Shown piece by piece: positions 55,977 to 64,000 of a DNA stretch of 64,000 bases. The position numbers and the translations under genes are program-made. The notes beneath the pieces were generated by a model. That model saw only the letters and a program-made list of their open reading frames with translations, was not told the DNA's origin and made no database searches. This DNA comes from Thermoproteota archaeon (lineage in GTDB: Archaea > Korarchaeota > Korarchaeia > Korarchaeales > Korarchaeaceae), in contig JAOZGC010000004.1 in NCBI GenBank assembly GCA_027491915.1, positions 81,654 to 145,653 on the forward strand. Direction: 5' to 3'. Numbering within the stretch: the stretch's first letter is position 1; each line of letters begins with the position of its first letter.

Positions 55977-56843
55977 GTGGTCGCGAAGGGACTTCGGCGA
56001 TACACCGAGCTGCTCAAACTGAAGCAGACCGGCCTTCTGGTCTTCTCCTCCCTGCCCTCCCTGGTGATAGCCTACGGCGGGATTCCCCCGGCGGGCCTCT
56101 CGCTGTCCTTCGTCTCCGGGCTAACCCTGGCGGTCGCCGGAACCACCGCCATCAACATGTACTTCGACCGCGACATAGACGCCCTCATGTCTAGGACCAG
56201 GGGGAGGCCCCTTCCCTCGGGGGAGATAGATCCACCCCTCCGGGCCTTGGTCGTCGGAGCCGCCCTGTTCGCCGCGGGGGACCTCATCTCCCTGTTCGCG
56301 GTTAACGCGGCCGCCGCCGCTTTCATATTCGTCGGGTTCTTCTTCGACATATTCGTGTACACCCTCGCCACCAAGAGGCGGACTCCCTGGTCGGTCATAT
56401 TCGGAGGCGTCGCGGGCGCCGCCCCGGCCCTGGCGGGGTGGGCGGCGGCCAGCGGAGGTATGGACGTGGGGGGAATCCTGCTGGCCCTCCTGATAATCCT
56501 CTGGATACCCGAGCACATATGGACCCTCTCGATATTCTACTCCGAGGACTACGCAAGGGCCGGCGTCCCCATGCTGCCCGTCGTCATGGGGCACAAGAGG
56601 GCGGCCCTCGCGGCCTTCGCGGCGTCGGTCGGTACCCTGACGGTGTCTCTGCTCGCCGGAGTCCTGATGAACCTGGGGGTCGCCTTTCTGATCGTTGCCG
56701 CCGCGGTGGGCGCGGCGCTCGTGGCCCTCATGGCCAGGCTGTACGCCGACCCGTCCAAGGACCGGGCCATCGCGAGTTTCAAGGCCGCCAACGCCTCCCT
56801 CGGAATAATAATAACGGGGATGTTGATCTCCGCCCTGATCTGA
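55977..56843 (+). CDS. cyoE: Protoheme IX farnesyltransferase (heme O synthase)
   Basis: NMYFDRDIDALMSRT.GRPLPSG, YT..KRRT, GG.AGA.P, WIPEH.W, DYARAGVPMLP. Confidence 0.9.
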   Translation: MVAKGLRRYTELLKLKQTGLLVFSSLPSLVIAYGGIPPAGLSLSFVSGLTLAVAGTTAINMYFDRDIDALMSRTRGRPLPSGEIDPPLRALVVGAALFAAGDLISLFAVNAAAAAFIFVGFFFDIFVYTLATKRRTPWSVIFGGVAGAAPALAGWAAASGGMDVGGILLALLIILWIPEHIWTLSIFYSEDYARAGVPMLPVVMGHKRAALAAFAASVGTLTVSLLAGVLMNLGVAFLIVAAAVGAALVALMARLYADPSKDRAIASFKAANASLGIIITGMLISALI

Positions 56844-56857
56844 TCACTTCGGTTCTC

Positions 56858-58000
56858 TCACCCCCCGTACACCTCCCTCCACTCGCTCAGCCAGCCCTTC
56901 AGGTTCTCGCTTATCTCAGACGGGCTCAGTAGGTCGTTGAATCTCCTCACGCTAAGCGGATCGACGGCCCACCTCTTGAACACCTCCGGCAGCTCGACCC
57001 TCGAGTTAGCGGGGTACATCCAGTTGTTGAGCGGTATCTCCCTCTGCACCTCCGGGCTGAGGAAGTAGTCTATGAACATCCTGGCAGCCTCCGGGTGGGG
57101 GCACCCCCTGACGAGGGATATGCCCTCCACCTGAAGCCACCCCCACTTCTCACCTCCGTACTCAAACAGGGCCGCCTCTATTGTGGAGTTCCCGCCGTAG
57201 ATGCTCGAGTACATCGCGGAGTACGCCGGATCCGTGGCGTAGCTGACGACTATGGGCCTGCCCAGCGAAGGATCCAGGAACATATCGTAGGCCTCCCCCC
57301 AGCTGGAAGCCAGGGCTGCCCTTCCCCTAACCTCCGCCCACCACTCGGTCCAGTTGCGCCCCAAGATCCCCTCGTAGGCGGCTATCTCGGCCATCATGAA
57401 GGACAGCCCGGTGCTGCTCAGGGAGGGATCCTCCAGCACCAGCATCGAAGCCAGGTCCTCCTCGGCGAGCCTCTCGAAGGTCAGGTTACGCATGGTGTCC
57501 GGATCCACCCTCGAGGAGTCGTACACTATTGCCACTATCCCGTAGTCGTACGGGACGGAGTGGAGAGTCGGGTCGAGGGCCTGAACGAGCCAGCGCGGCA
57601 CGTCTCCGAGGTTGCTCGGCCTGTACACGTCCAGCACCCCCTCGGATATGCCCTCCCTGACGAGCACGTTGTCGAGCCCGATTATCACGTCCGCCCTGGG
57701 AGAGTCCCTCTCCTCGACCAGCGCCAGCAGGGCAGCCCTTGCATCTTCGAACTCCCTTCTAATCACCCTGCATCCAGTCTTCCTCTCGAACCCGCCGTAG
57801 ACCAGATCTAGGGTCTCGTTGACCTTCTCCTCCGGCAGCCCCCACTTCAGGAGGCTGTCGTAGGTGTAGACCACCACCTCACACCCTCTCTCCTCGGGCC
57901 CTCCCGGCGCCGGCCCACTTCTCGCGATCGAGAAGGCCAGCACCAGGACCGCGATGACGGCGGCGGACAGGGCCAGCGCCGACGCCGCGGTCACCCTCAT
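56858..58000 (-). CDS. thiB: Thiamine ABC transporter substrate-binding protein
   Basis: VYTYDS, ADVIIGLDN, PYDYG, SSTGL.F, W.EAY..F, VSYATDPAY, QVEG, NWMYP. Confidence 0.88.
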   Translation of the reverse strand: MRVTAASALALSAAVIAVLVLAFSIARSGPAPGGPEERGCEVVVYTYDSLLKWGLPEEKVNETLDLVYGGFERKTGCRVIRREFEDARAALLALVEERDSPRADVIIGLDNVLVREGISEGVLDVYRPSNLGDVPRWLVQALDPTLHSVPYDYGIVAIVYDSSRVDPDTMRNLTFERLAEEDLASMLVLEDPSLSSTGLSFMMAEIAAYEGILGRNWTEWWAEVRGRAALASSWGEAYDMFLDPSLGRPIVVSYATDPAYSAMYSSIYGGNSTIEAALFEYGGEKWGWLQVEGISLVRGCPHPEAARMFIDYFLSPEVQREIPLNNWMYPANSRVELPEVFKRWAVDPLSVRRFNDLLSPSEISENLKGWLSEWREVYGG

Positions 58001-58061
58001 ATACACACCTATTAGGATCGACTATAAACTAGGATTTAAAGTGCCCGCGGGCCCCACCCGG

Positions 58062-59060
58062 GTGCTCGGGAGGATCAGGGGGGAGCTACTCCGCAGGGTC
58101 ACCTCCAGGGCTGGGGCCAGGCTGAGCAGGGTCGTCGTACACCCGGAGCCCCACTTGGACGCTGGCGTGGAGAGGGCGTGCGGCGAGTATAGGGTCTACT
58201 CTACGGATCCGGCCCTCGGGGTTCCGGCATCGGACCTGGGCTACCTGGCCTTCCACTTCTCAGCCGTGGACGTCGCCGTCCTGGGCGCCAAGCCAGAACT
58301 CGTCGCGGTGGACCTCCTCTTCCCACCCGACTCTCCGGACGACCTCATAACATCGGTCGACGAGCAGCTGAGCTTCGAGGCCTGGATCCATGGGGTTGAG
58401 GTGATAGCTGGCCACACGGGCAGGTACGCCGGGTTGGAGGAACCGGTGGCCGTCGTGACGACGATCGGTCGGACCTCCAGGCTGCTCCTCCCGAGCGGAA
58501 TATCCCCGGGGGACGCGGTTTTGATCGTGGGTGTCCCCGGCGCCGAGCTGCTGTACGGCGTCGCCAACTACAGGCCCGAGCTGCTGTACGATGAGGTCGG
58601 GCCAAGGTCGGTCGCCAGGTGGAGGAGGGCATCCCGCCTGCTTTCAGCCCTTCCTCAGGCATTGGCCCTATCCGCGAGGGACGCGGCGAAGGCGATGAAG
58701 GACTGCGCCGAGGGAGGGGTCGTCAGGGCGCTGAACGAGCTCGCCTCCGCATCGGACCTGGGACTGGAGATCCACGGGGACAGGATCCCACTGCCGCCGG
58801 AGCTGGAGAGGCTGGCCTCCAGGTACGGGTTCGATCCCCTGGAGTGCTCCAGCTCCGGCGCCCTGGTGGCGGCGGTCAGCCCGGACAGGCTGGATCTCTC
58901 CCTCTATTGGATGGAGGCCCTGGGTTTCCCGGCAGTAGCGGCCGGGAGGTTCCTGCCGGGGGGAGAGGGGAGGTGGCTGATCCGCGGCGGCGTCAGGAGG
59001 GAGCTCCCAGAAGAATACCGGGACCCCTACGGTCCCCTGCTCTCCGGGGATTTTAAATAG
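58062..59060 (+). CDS. AIR synthase/HypE-like family protein
   Basis: DAGV, STDP, DVAVLGAKP, AGHT, KD..EGG...LNE.A.AS, DPL..SSGAL. Confidence 0.75.
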   Translation: MLGRIRGELLRRVTSRAGARLSRVVVHPEPHLDAGVERACGEYRVYSTDPALGVPASDLGYLAFHFSAVDVAVLGAKPELVAVDLLFPPDSPDDLITSVDEQLSFEAWIHGVEVIAGHTGRYAGLEEPVAVVTTIGRTSRLLLPSGISPGDAVLIVGVPGAELLYGVANYRPELLYDEVGPRSVARWRRASRLLSALPQALALSARDAAKAMKDCAEGGVVRALNELASASDLGLEIHGDRIPLPPELERLASRYGFDPLECSSSGALVAAVSPDRLDLSLYWMEALGFPAVAAGRFLPGGEGRWLIRGGVRRELPEEYRDPYGPLLSGDFK

Positions 59061-59081
59061 GCGGAGACCAGCCCTAGGGCT

Positions 59082-60074
59082 ATGCCCAGGCCGGCCTCCG
59101 CATCCGCCCCCTCTCAGGCCTTCCTCCTGGGTGAGCACTCCGTGCTCTACGGGACGCCCGCCCTGGCGGCCTCGGTGGACGTCAGGTCGAGGGCCGTGGT
59201 CAGGCCCAGGGGGGACGGCTCCATCCTGATCTCCTCCGGGGCCGTGGACGGGACCTTCAGGGGGAGGATGGCGGGAGGGGGGGTCTCCGGGGAGGGACCC
59301 GAACCGCTGAGGCAGCTGGCCGTGGGGGTGTGGGGTCTGCTGAGGGATCTGGGGGTCGATTCCGGGTACAGCATAGAGATCTCCTCCAACGTCCCGATGG
59401 GGAGCGGGATGGCCAGCTCCGCCAGCGTCGCGGCCTCGATCTCGGCGGCCATATACAGGTCTCTGGATCTCGACCCCTCCAGGGAGGAGCTGCTGGACGC
59501 CGTCTACGGTTTCGAGAGGATAATCCACGGCAGGGCGAGCAAGACAGGGCCAGCCTGCGCGGTCCTGGGTGGGGTGATATGGGTCGACTGGAGGGACGGC
59601 GAGATGGTTGCCGAGAGGCTGGGGTCCCCGAGCCTCCCGCTGACAGTCGGCTGCACCGGAAGGAGGAGCGAGACCAAAAAGATGATAGGCCTGGTCTCCA
59701 CCCTGAGGGACAGATTCCCGAACCAGGTGAACTCAATAATGTCCCTGATGGGGGATCTGGTCAGGGCCGGGAGGGACGCCGTGTCGATCGGGGACGTGTC
59801 CTCCCTAGGGGCCATCATGAACATGGCCCACGGGCTTCTCTCCTCCCTGGGAGTCTCCACCCCCGAGCTGGATCGGGCCGTCTGGGCCGCCAGGGAGGCG
59901 GGAGCCCTGGGGGCGAAGCTCTCCGGGGGGGGAGGAGGGGGATGCATAGTGGCCCTCTCCGGCTCCCGGGACGGCCGCGTCAGGGAGGCCCTGGAAGAGA
60001 TCGGCCTCAGGGCCTTTGAAGCCCCTATCTCCGTCGACGGGGTCGTAGCGGAAGGGGAGGTTGATGAGATTTGA
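59082..60074 (+). CDS. Mevalonate kinase-like GHMP kinase with an atypical active site
   Basis: GEHSVLYG.PALA, PMGSGMASSA, E..IHG, LGVS.PEL, GAKLSGGGGGGC. Confidence 0.75.
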   Translation: MPRPASASAPSQAFLLGEHSVLYGTPALAASVDVRSRAVVRPRGDGSILISSGAVDGTFRGRMAGGGVSGEGPEPLRQLAVGVWGLLRDLGVDSGYSIEISSNVPMGSGMASSASVAASISAAIYRSLDLDPSREELLDAVYGFERIIHGRASKTGPACAVLGGVIWVDWRDGEMVAERLGSPSLPLTVGCTGRRSETKKMIGLVSTLRDRFPNQVNSIMSLMGDLVRAGRDAVSIGDVSSLGAIMNMAHGLLSSLGVSTPELDRAVWAAREAGALGAKLSGGGGGGCIVALSGSRDGRVREALEEIGLRAFEAPISVDGVVAEGEVDEI

Positions 60075-61927
60075 GGATATTCGCCCTCCACTCGGATTAC
60101 CTCAGGTACAGGGTGAGGAGGAAGGCCGTCGAGGCGGCTCCCGACCTCTCCGACGGGGAGAGGGAGGGGGGCGCGGAGGAGTGCCTGGTCCTGTTCACGG
60201 CCTTCGAATCCTCCGACTCCGAGCGCTCGGTTGAGGCGGCCCTCAGGGAGGTGGAGACCCTATCGCGGAGGCTGGGCGTAAGGAGGCTCGTGCTCTACCC
60301 GTGGGTCCACCTGACCGAGACGCCGGCCCCCTTCAACGTAGCCGTCAGGCTGTACCGCTCCCTGGCCGATTCGCTGGAGTCGGCCGGATTCGACCTTCTG
60401 AGGGTTCCCATAGGGTGGTACAAGGAGTTCGAGATCAGGGTGAAAGGTCACCCCCTGGCCGAGTCTCTGAGGGTCGTGGGTCCGGAGGCCGGGCCGTCGG
60501 AGTCGACGGGCGCAGAGGGCGAGGTCGAGGGCGAGGAGAAGGGGCGGTTCCTCCTCCTGTGGCCAGACGGTCGGGAGGAGGAGCTGACCGACTGGCGCGG
60601 CGTGGAGAACGAGGTTCTCAGGATAGTCGTGAGGAACGAGGTCTTCGGGAAGCCTCCCTCTGGGGGAGAGCCCGCGCACATATCCCTCATGCGGAGGCTG
60701 GAACTCGTCGACTACGAGCCCGCCTCAGACGTCGGTCACTTCAGGTTCTACCCCAACGGGACCCTCGTCAAGAGGCTCATAGAGGACCTCGCCTCCGACG
60801 TGGCGTCCTCGCTGGGCGCCATGGAGATAGAGACCCCCCTGCTCTACAGGCTGGACGTCCCCGCCATAGCCGGGCAGGCCGCCAAGTTCGTGGAGAGGAA
60901 CTACCAGATACCCATGGGGAAGACGACCCTCATACTCAGGTTCGCCGGGGACTTCGGCCTGTTCGAGATGATGAAGGACATGGTCATATCCTACAGGGAT
61001 CTGCCGCTCAGCTTCTACGAGATCTCCCCCTCCTTCAGGCTGGAGCAGAGGGGGGAGTGCGTGGGCCTGAGGAGGTTGAGGGGGTTCACGATGCCGGACA
61101 TCCACACCTTCGCGGCCGACGTGGATCAGGGGATGGAGATGTACGAGAGGTACTTCCACGAGTATCACAGGCTCCTCTCCTCCCTCGGGGTGGACTACGC
61201 CGTCGTCTTCAGGGTCGTGGGCGAGTTCTACGACAGGCTGAAGCCAGCCATCCTCAGGATGCTCTCGGGAGTTGGGAAGCCGGCGCTGATAGAGATCCTC
61301 CCGGAGATGAAGCACTACTGGGCGCTGAAGCACGAGTTTCAGGTCGTCGACACGGTGGAGGGGAACGCCCAGCTGAGCACCGTGCAGCTCGACGTGGAGG
61401 ATTCCGACAGGTACGGCATATTCTACGTCGACAGGGACGGATCCAAGAGGCCGGGGGTGATCGTCCACACCTCCATGGGGAGCGTCGAGAGGATGATCTA
61501 CGCAATCCTCGAGACGGCGGCCAGGCGCGCCAATTTGGGAGAGAAGCCATCTCTACCCCTCTGGCTCTCGCCGACCCAGGTCCGGATCATCCCGGTGTCC
61601 CAGGACAACCTGGACTACGCCAGGAGCGTGATGGAATCCCTGGACTCGGCTGGGATCAGGGTCGACCTGGACGACAGGGACATCAGCCTCGCCAAGAAGA
61701 TCAGGGAGGCCGAGAGGAAGTGGGTGCCCTACATCGCGGTAGTCGGATCGAGGGAGGAGCGGGCTGGCACGGTTAGGCTGCGCGTCCGGGGGGAGGAGGG
61801 CGAGAGGGACTGCGGGGTGGAGGACCTAATAGAAGAGATTAGATCTAAGACGGTCAACATGCCTTACAGACCGCTCACCGTCCCCAAACTGCTCAGCAGG
61901 AGGCCCATATTCGTCGGCTCCTCCTGA
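60071..61927 (+). CDS. thrS: Threonine--tRNA ligase, archaeal type with N-terminal editing domain
   Basis: LHSDY, YPWVHL, GWYKEF..KGHPLAE, FRLEQRGE..GLRRLR.FTMPD, P.WLSPTQVR. Confidence 0.95.
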   Translation: MRIFALHSDYLRYRVRRKAVEAAPDLSDGEREGGAEECLVLFTAFESSDSERSVEAALREVETLSRRLGVRRLVLYPWVHLTETPAPFNVAVRLYRSLADSLESAGFDLLRVPIGWYKEFEIRVKGHPLAESLRVVGPEAGPSESTGAEGEVEGEEKGRFLLLWPDGREEELTDWRGVENEVLRIVVRNEVFGKPPSGGEPAHISLMRRLELVDYEPASDVGHFRFYPNGTLVKRLIEDLASDVASSLGAMEIETPLLYRLDVPAIAGQAAKFVERNYQIPMGKTTLILRFAGDFGLFEMMKDMVISYRDLPLSFYEISPSFRLEQRGECVGLRRLRGFTMPDIHTFAADVDQGMEMYERYFHEYHRLLSSLGVDYAVVFRVVGEFYDRLKPAILRMLSGVGKPALIEILPEMKHYWALKHEFQVVDTVEGNAQLSTVQLDVEDSDRYGIFYVDRDGSKRPGVIVHTSMGSVERMIYAILETAARRANLGEKPSLPLWLSPTQVRIIPVSQDNLDYARSVMESLDSAGIRVDLDDRDISLAKKIREAERKWVPYIAVVGSREERAGTVRLRVRGEEGERDCGVEDLIEEIRSKTVNMPYRPLTVPKLLSRRPIFVGSS

Positions 61928-61944
61928 TGGGCCCGGGCGGGGGA

Positions 61945-63141
61945 TCACCCGGGCCCCCACAGGAGGCCCAACTCCTCCATCCTCCTGAGCTGGGCCAGGG
62001 TGAAACTCCTGATGTCGGAGACCTCGGGCTGCTCGTAGATCACTTTCCCCCCCTCTATCATCTTTATCATCGCCGGCCTCATCCGTCCTCCGCACTTGGG
62101 ACACTCGGGCGGCCGAGATCCGGCCGGGACAACCGCGTACTCGACGTCTGCGTCGCAGACGTAGACGTCCTTGGCCCCGGATCTTATCCCCCTCTTGGCC
62201 CTGGGCTCTCCCCCCACCTCCACCACGTCGGCGCCGAAGTCGACGGGCCTCGCCCCGCATATGAAGGTCCCGACGCCGAAGGCGTCGGCCCCGGCCTCGG
62301 CCAGTCTCCTCACTTGCTCGTCGTCCAGCCCGCCGGAGACGAAGATCTTCACGTCCTTCCCCCCCCTGAGGTCGAGCTCCCATCTGACCTCCCTGACGAT
62401 CTCCTCCATGCTTCCCCTCCTGGATCTCGGGGTGTCCAGCCTGACCCCGTAGAGCCTGGATCCCAGCGCCTCCAGGGCCATAACCGACTCCGACTTCTCG
62501 TCCGAGAAGGTGTCGACCAGGGCTATTCGGGGGACCTCCTCCGGCAGAACCTCATCGAACGCCCTCCAAGCCTCTCTCTGATCTCCGAATATCACTATCA
62601 GGGAGTGAGGCATGGTGCCGATCGGCTTGAACCCTATCTCCTCGAGGAGGATTCCGGAGGACCCGTCGACGCCTCCTATCAGGCTGGCCTTCTCTATGGC
62701 CAGGCTTATGGCGGGGTGATTTCTCCTTATCCCGAAGTTCACCACGGGCTTCCCCCCCGCTGCCATCTTCACGCGGGCCGCGGCCGTGGCCACCCCGGAC
62801 ATGCTGCACAGGAAACCCAGTATCGAAGTTTCCAGGGCCCCGAACTCTGAGTAGGATCCCTCTATCCTCATGACCGGGAGATCCTTCCTTATCACGCTTC
62901 CGTCCGGCAGGCTGTAGAGGTCCAGCTCTCGCCCCTCCAGGAGCCGGACCACCTCCTCCACCCCGGCCAGCACCCCCCAGGGCCACCCGTTCGGGATTGA
63001 CCTGGCGGCCACCTCCATGACCACCCTGGAGTCCGCCAGCCCCCGCGCCCTCAGGACCTCCATCGTCCTGAGGAAGTACACGTCCACCACCATGCCCCTC
63101 CTGATCTCCTCCTCTCCGACCACGTTGAACCTGTCCGGCAT
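61945..63141 (-). CDS. pncB: Nicotinate phosphoribosyltransferase
   Basis: DVYF.RT, FGIRR.HP, GTMPH, LVDTF, GVRLDTP, SGGLD, FGVGT, KRG, C-terminal CPKC. Confidence 0.92.
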   Translation of the reverse strand: MPDRFNVVGEEEIRRGMVVDVYFLRTMEVLRARGLADSRVVMEVAARSIPNGWPWGVLAGVEEVVRLLEGRELDLYSLPDGSVIRKDLPVMRIEGSYSEFGALETSILGFLCSMSGVATAAARVKMAAGGKPVVNFGIRRNHPAISLAIEKASLIGGVDGSSGILLEEIGFKPIGTMPHSLIVIFGDQREAWRAFDEVLPEEVPRIALVDTFSDEKSESVMALEALGSRLYGVRLDTPRSRRGSMEEIVREVRWELDLRGGKDVKIFVSGGLDDEQVRRLAEAGADAFGVGTFICGARPVDFGADVVEVGGEPRAKRGIRSGAKDVYVCDADVEYAVVPAGSRPPECPKCGGRMRPAMIKMIEGGKVIYEQPEVSDIRSFTLAQLRRMEELGLLWGPG

Positions 63142-63194
63142 CTCTCTCCCGGCAGATCCGGGGGGTCCTGGGAAAAAGGTTACCCGGGGGAACG

Positions 63195-63271
63195 TGGCGG
63201 CGGGGGTGGGACTCGAACCCACGGCCGCCCGGTTAACAGCCGGGTGCTCTACCTAGCTGAGCTACCCCGCC
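63195..63271 (-). tRNA. tRNA-Asn (anticodon GUU), CCA encoded, no intron
   Basis: GGCGGGG acceptor, CCCGG-CTGTTAA-CCGGG anticodon arm, GGTTCGAGTCC T arm, 3' GCCA. Confidence 0.95.
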
Positions 63272-63316
63272 GACGCGGGGGGCTCCGGGAGGTAATATAA
63301 CCTTACCGCCCCGGGG

Positions 63317-64000
63317 TCAGAACACGTAGGTCTCCTCGTGCCTCTCCTCCCCGCCGTATCCCCTCATGCTCTTCACGACCTCGGCGAAGTACTTCATCAT
63401 GTCCTCCGTCAGGCTGGGTCTCACCCTGCCCATGGCCTCCCTGAAGTGTCTCATCCCAACCGACTTCGCCTCTGGGTCCTCCCTCAGGGCCTCCAGCGCC
63501 GCCTCCCTGACCAGGGCGGCCAAGTCGGCCCCGCTGAACCCCTCCGTCTCCCTGGCTATCTCCAACAGGTCCACCTCCTCCGCCAGGGGGACGTTCCTGG
63601 TGTGGACCTCGAGGATCTTCCTGCGGCCCTCGACGTCCGGGGGCCCTATGTATATCAACTTCTCCAACCTTCCGGGCCTCAGGAGGGCCGGATCCACCAG
63701 ATCTGGTCTGTTGGTCGCCCCTATCACTATGACGTTTCTCAGCGGCTGGATGCCGTCTATCTCCGTCAGCATCTGACTCACGACCCTCTCAGTGACCCCA
63801 GAATCGGCGAAACCCATTCCCCTCCTCGGAAACAGGGAGTCTATCTCGTCGATGAATATTATGGCCGGGGCCACCTGCCTGGCCTTCCTGAAGACCTCCC
63901 TGACGGCCCTCTCGCTCTCCCCCACCCACTTGCTCAGGAGCTCGGGCCCCTTCACCGATATGAAGTTGGCCTCGCTCTCCGTGGCCACGGCCCTGGCCAG
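63317..64000 (-). CDS. cdc48: CDC48/VAT AAA+ ATPase, C-terminal part (begins beyond the window)
   Basis: [42 protein letters not shown]. Confidence 0.93.
   Translation of the reverse strand: MARAVATESEANFISVKGPELLSKWVGESERAVREVFRKARQVAPAIIFIDEIDSLFPRRGMGFADSGVTERVVSQMLTEIDGIQPLRNVIVIGATNRPDLVDPALLRPGRLEKLIYIGPPDVEGRRKILEVHTRNVPLAEEVDLLEIARETEGFSGADLAALVREAALEALREDPEAKSVGMRHFREAMGRVRPSLTEDMMKYFAEVVKSMRGYGGEERHEETYVF

Noticed and set aside
58000-58062. TPP riboswitch upstream of thiB
   Set aside because: The gap is only ~60 bp, holds divergent TATA-like boxes and lacks the TPP consensus.
1-64000. CRISPR arrays, transposases, inteins and recognisable defence systems
   Set aside because: No regularly spaced repeats or diagnostic motifs seen; RadA and the other usual intein hosts are of normal length.

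Overview
Gene-dense, high-GC (roughly two-thirds by eye) chromosome segment of a probably hyperthermophilic archaeon. Supporting markers are radA, an archaeal histone, ribosomal S25e, archaeal ThrRS, tetraether synthase, branched-chain polyamine synthase and the nurA-herA-mre11-rad50 operon; S25e plus histone suggests a TACK lineage, which is inference. It holds about 60 mostly housekeeping CDS and two intron-less tRNAs (Arg-UCG, Asn-GUU). No transposase, integrase or CRISPR array was seen. Most notable: (1) a ~225-nt non-coding region at 39869-40093 that folds into nested G-U-containing helices behind its own TATA box and matches no RNA class I can recognise; (2) an AdoMet decarboxylase homologue lacking its pyruvoyl-forming Ser, coupled to bpsA; (3) a degenerate BacA/UppP-DedA fusion; (4) a membrane-anchored CdvA-like protein coupled to a Walker-A-less HerA/CedB-like membrane protein, plus a separate PspA and membrane winged-helix pair; (5) a GIY-YIG/HAD fusion missed by the ORF track; (6) several other enzymes or carriers missing key residues (TusA without Cys, Ubl without GG, mevalonate kinase-like without Lys/Asp); (7) a ~590-bp AT-rich intergenic region with a possible C/D box sRNA. 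All family calls are by-eye motif recognition; no searches were run.
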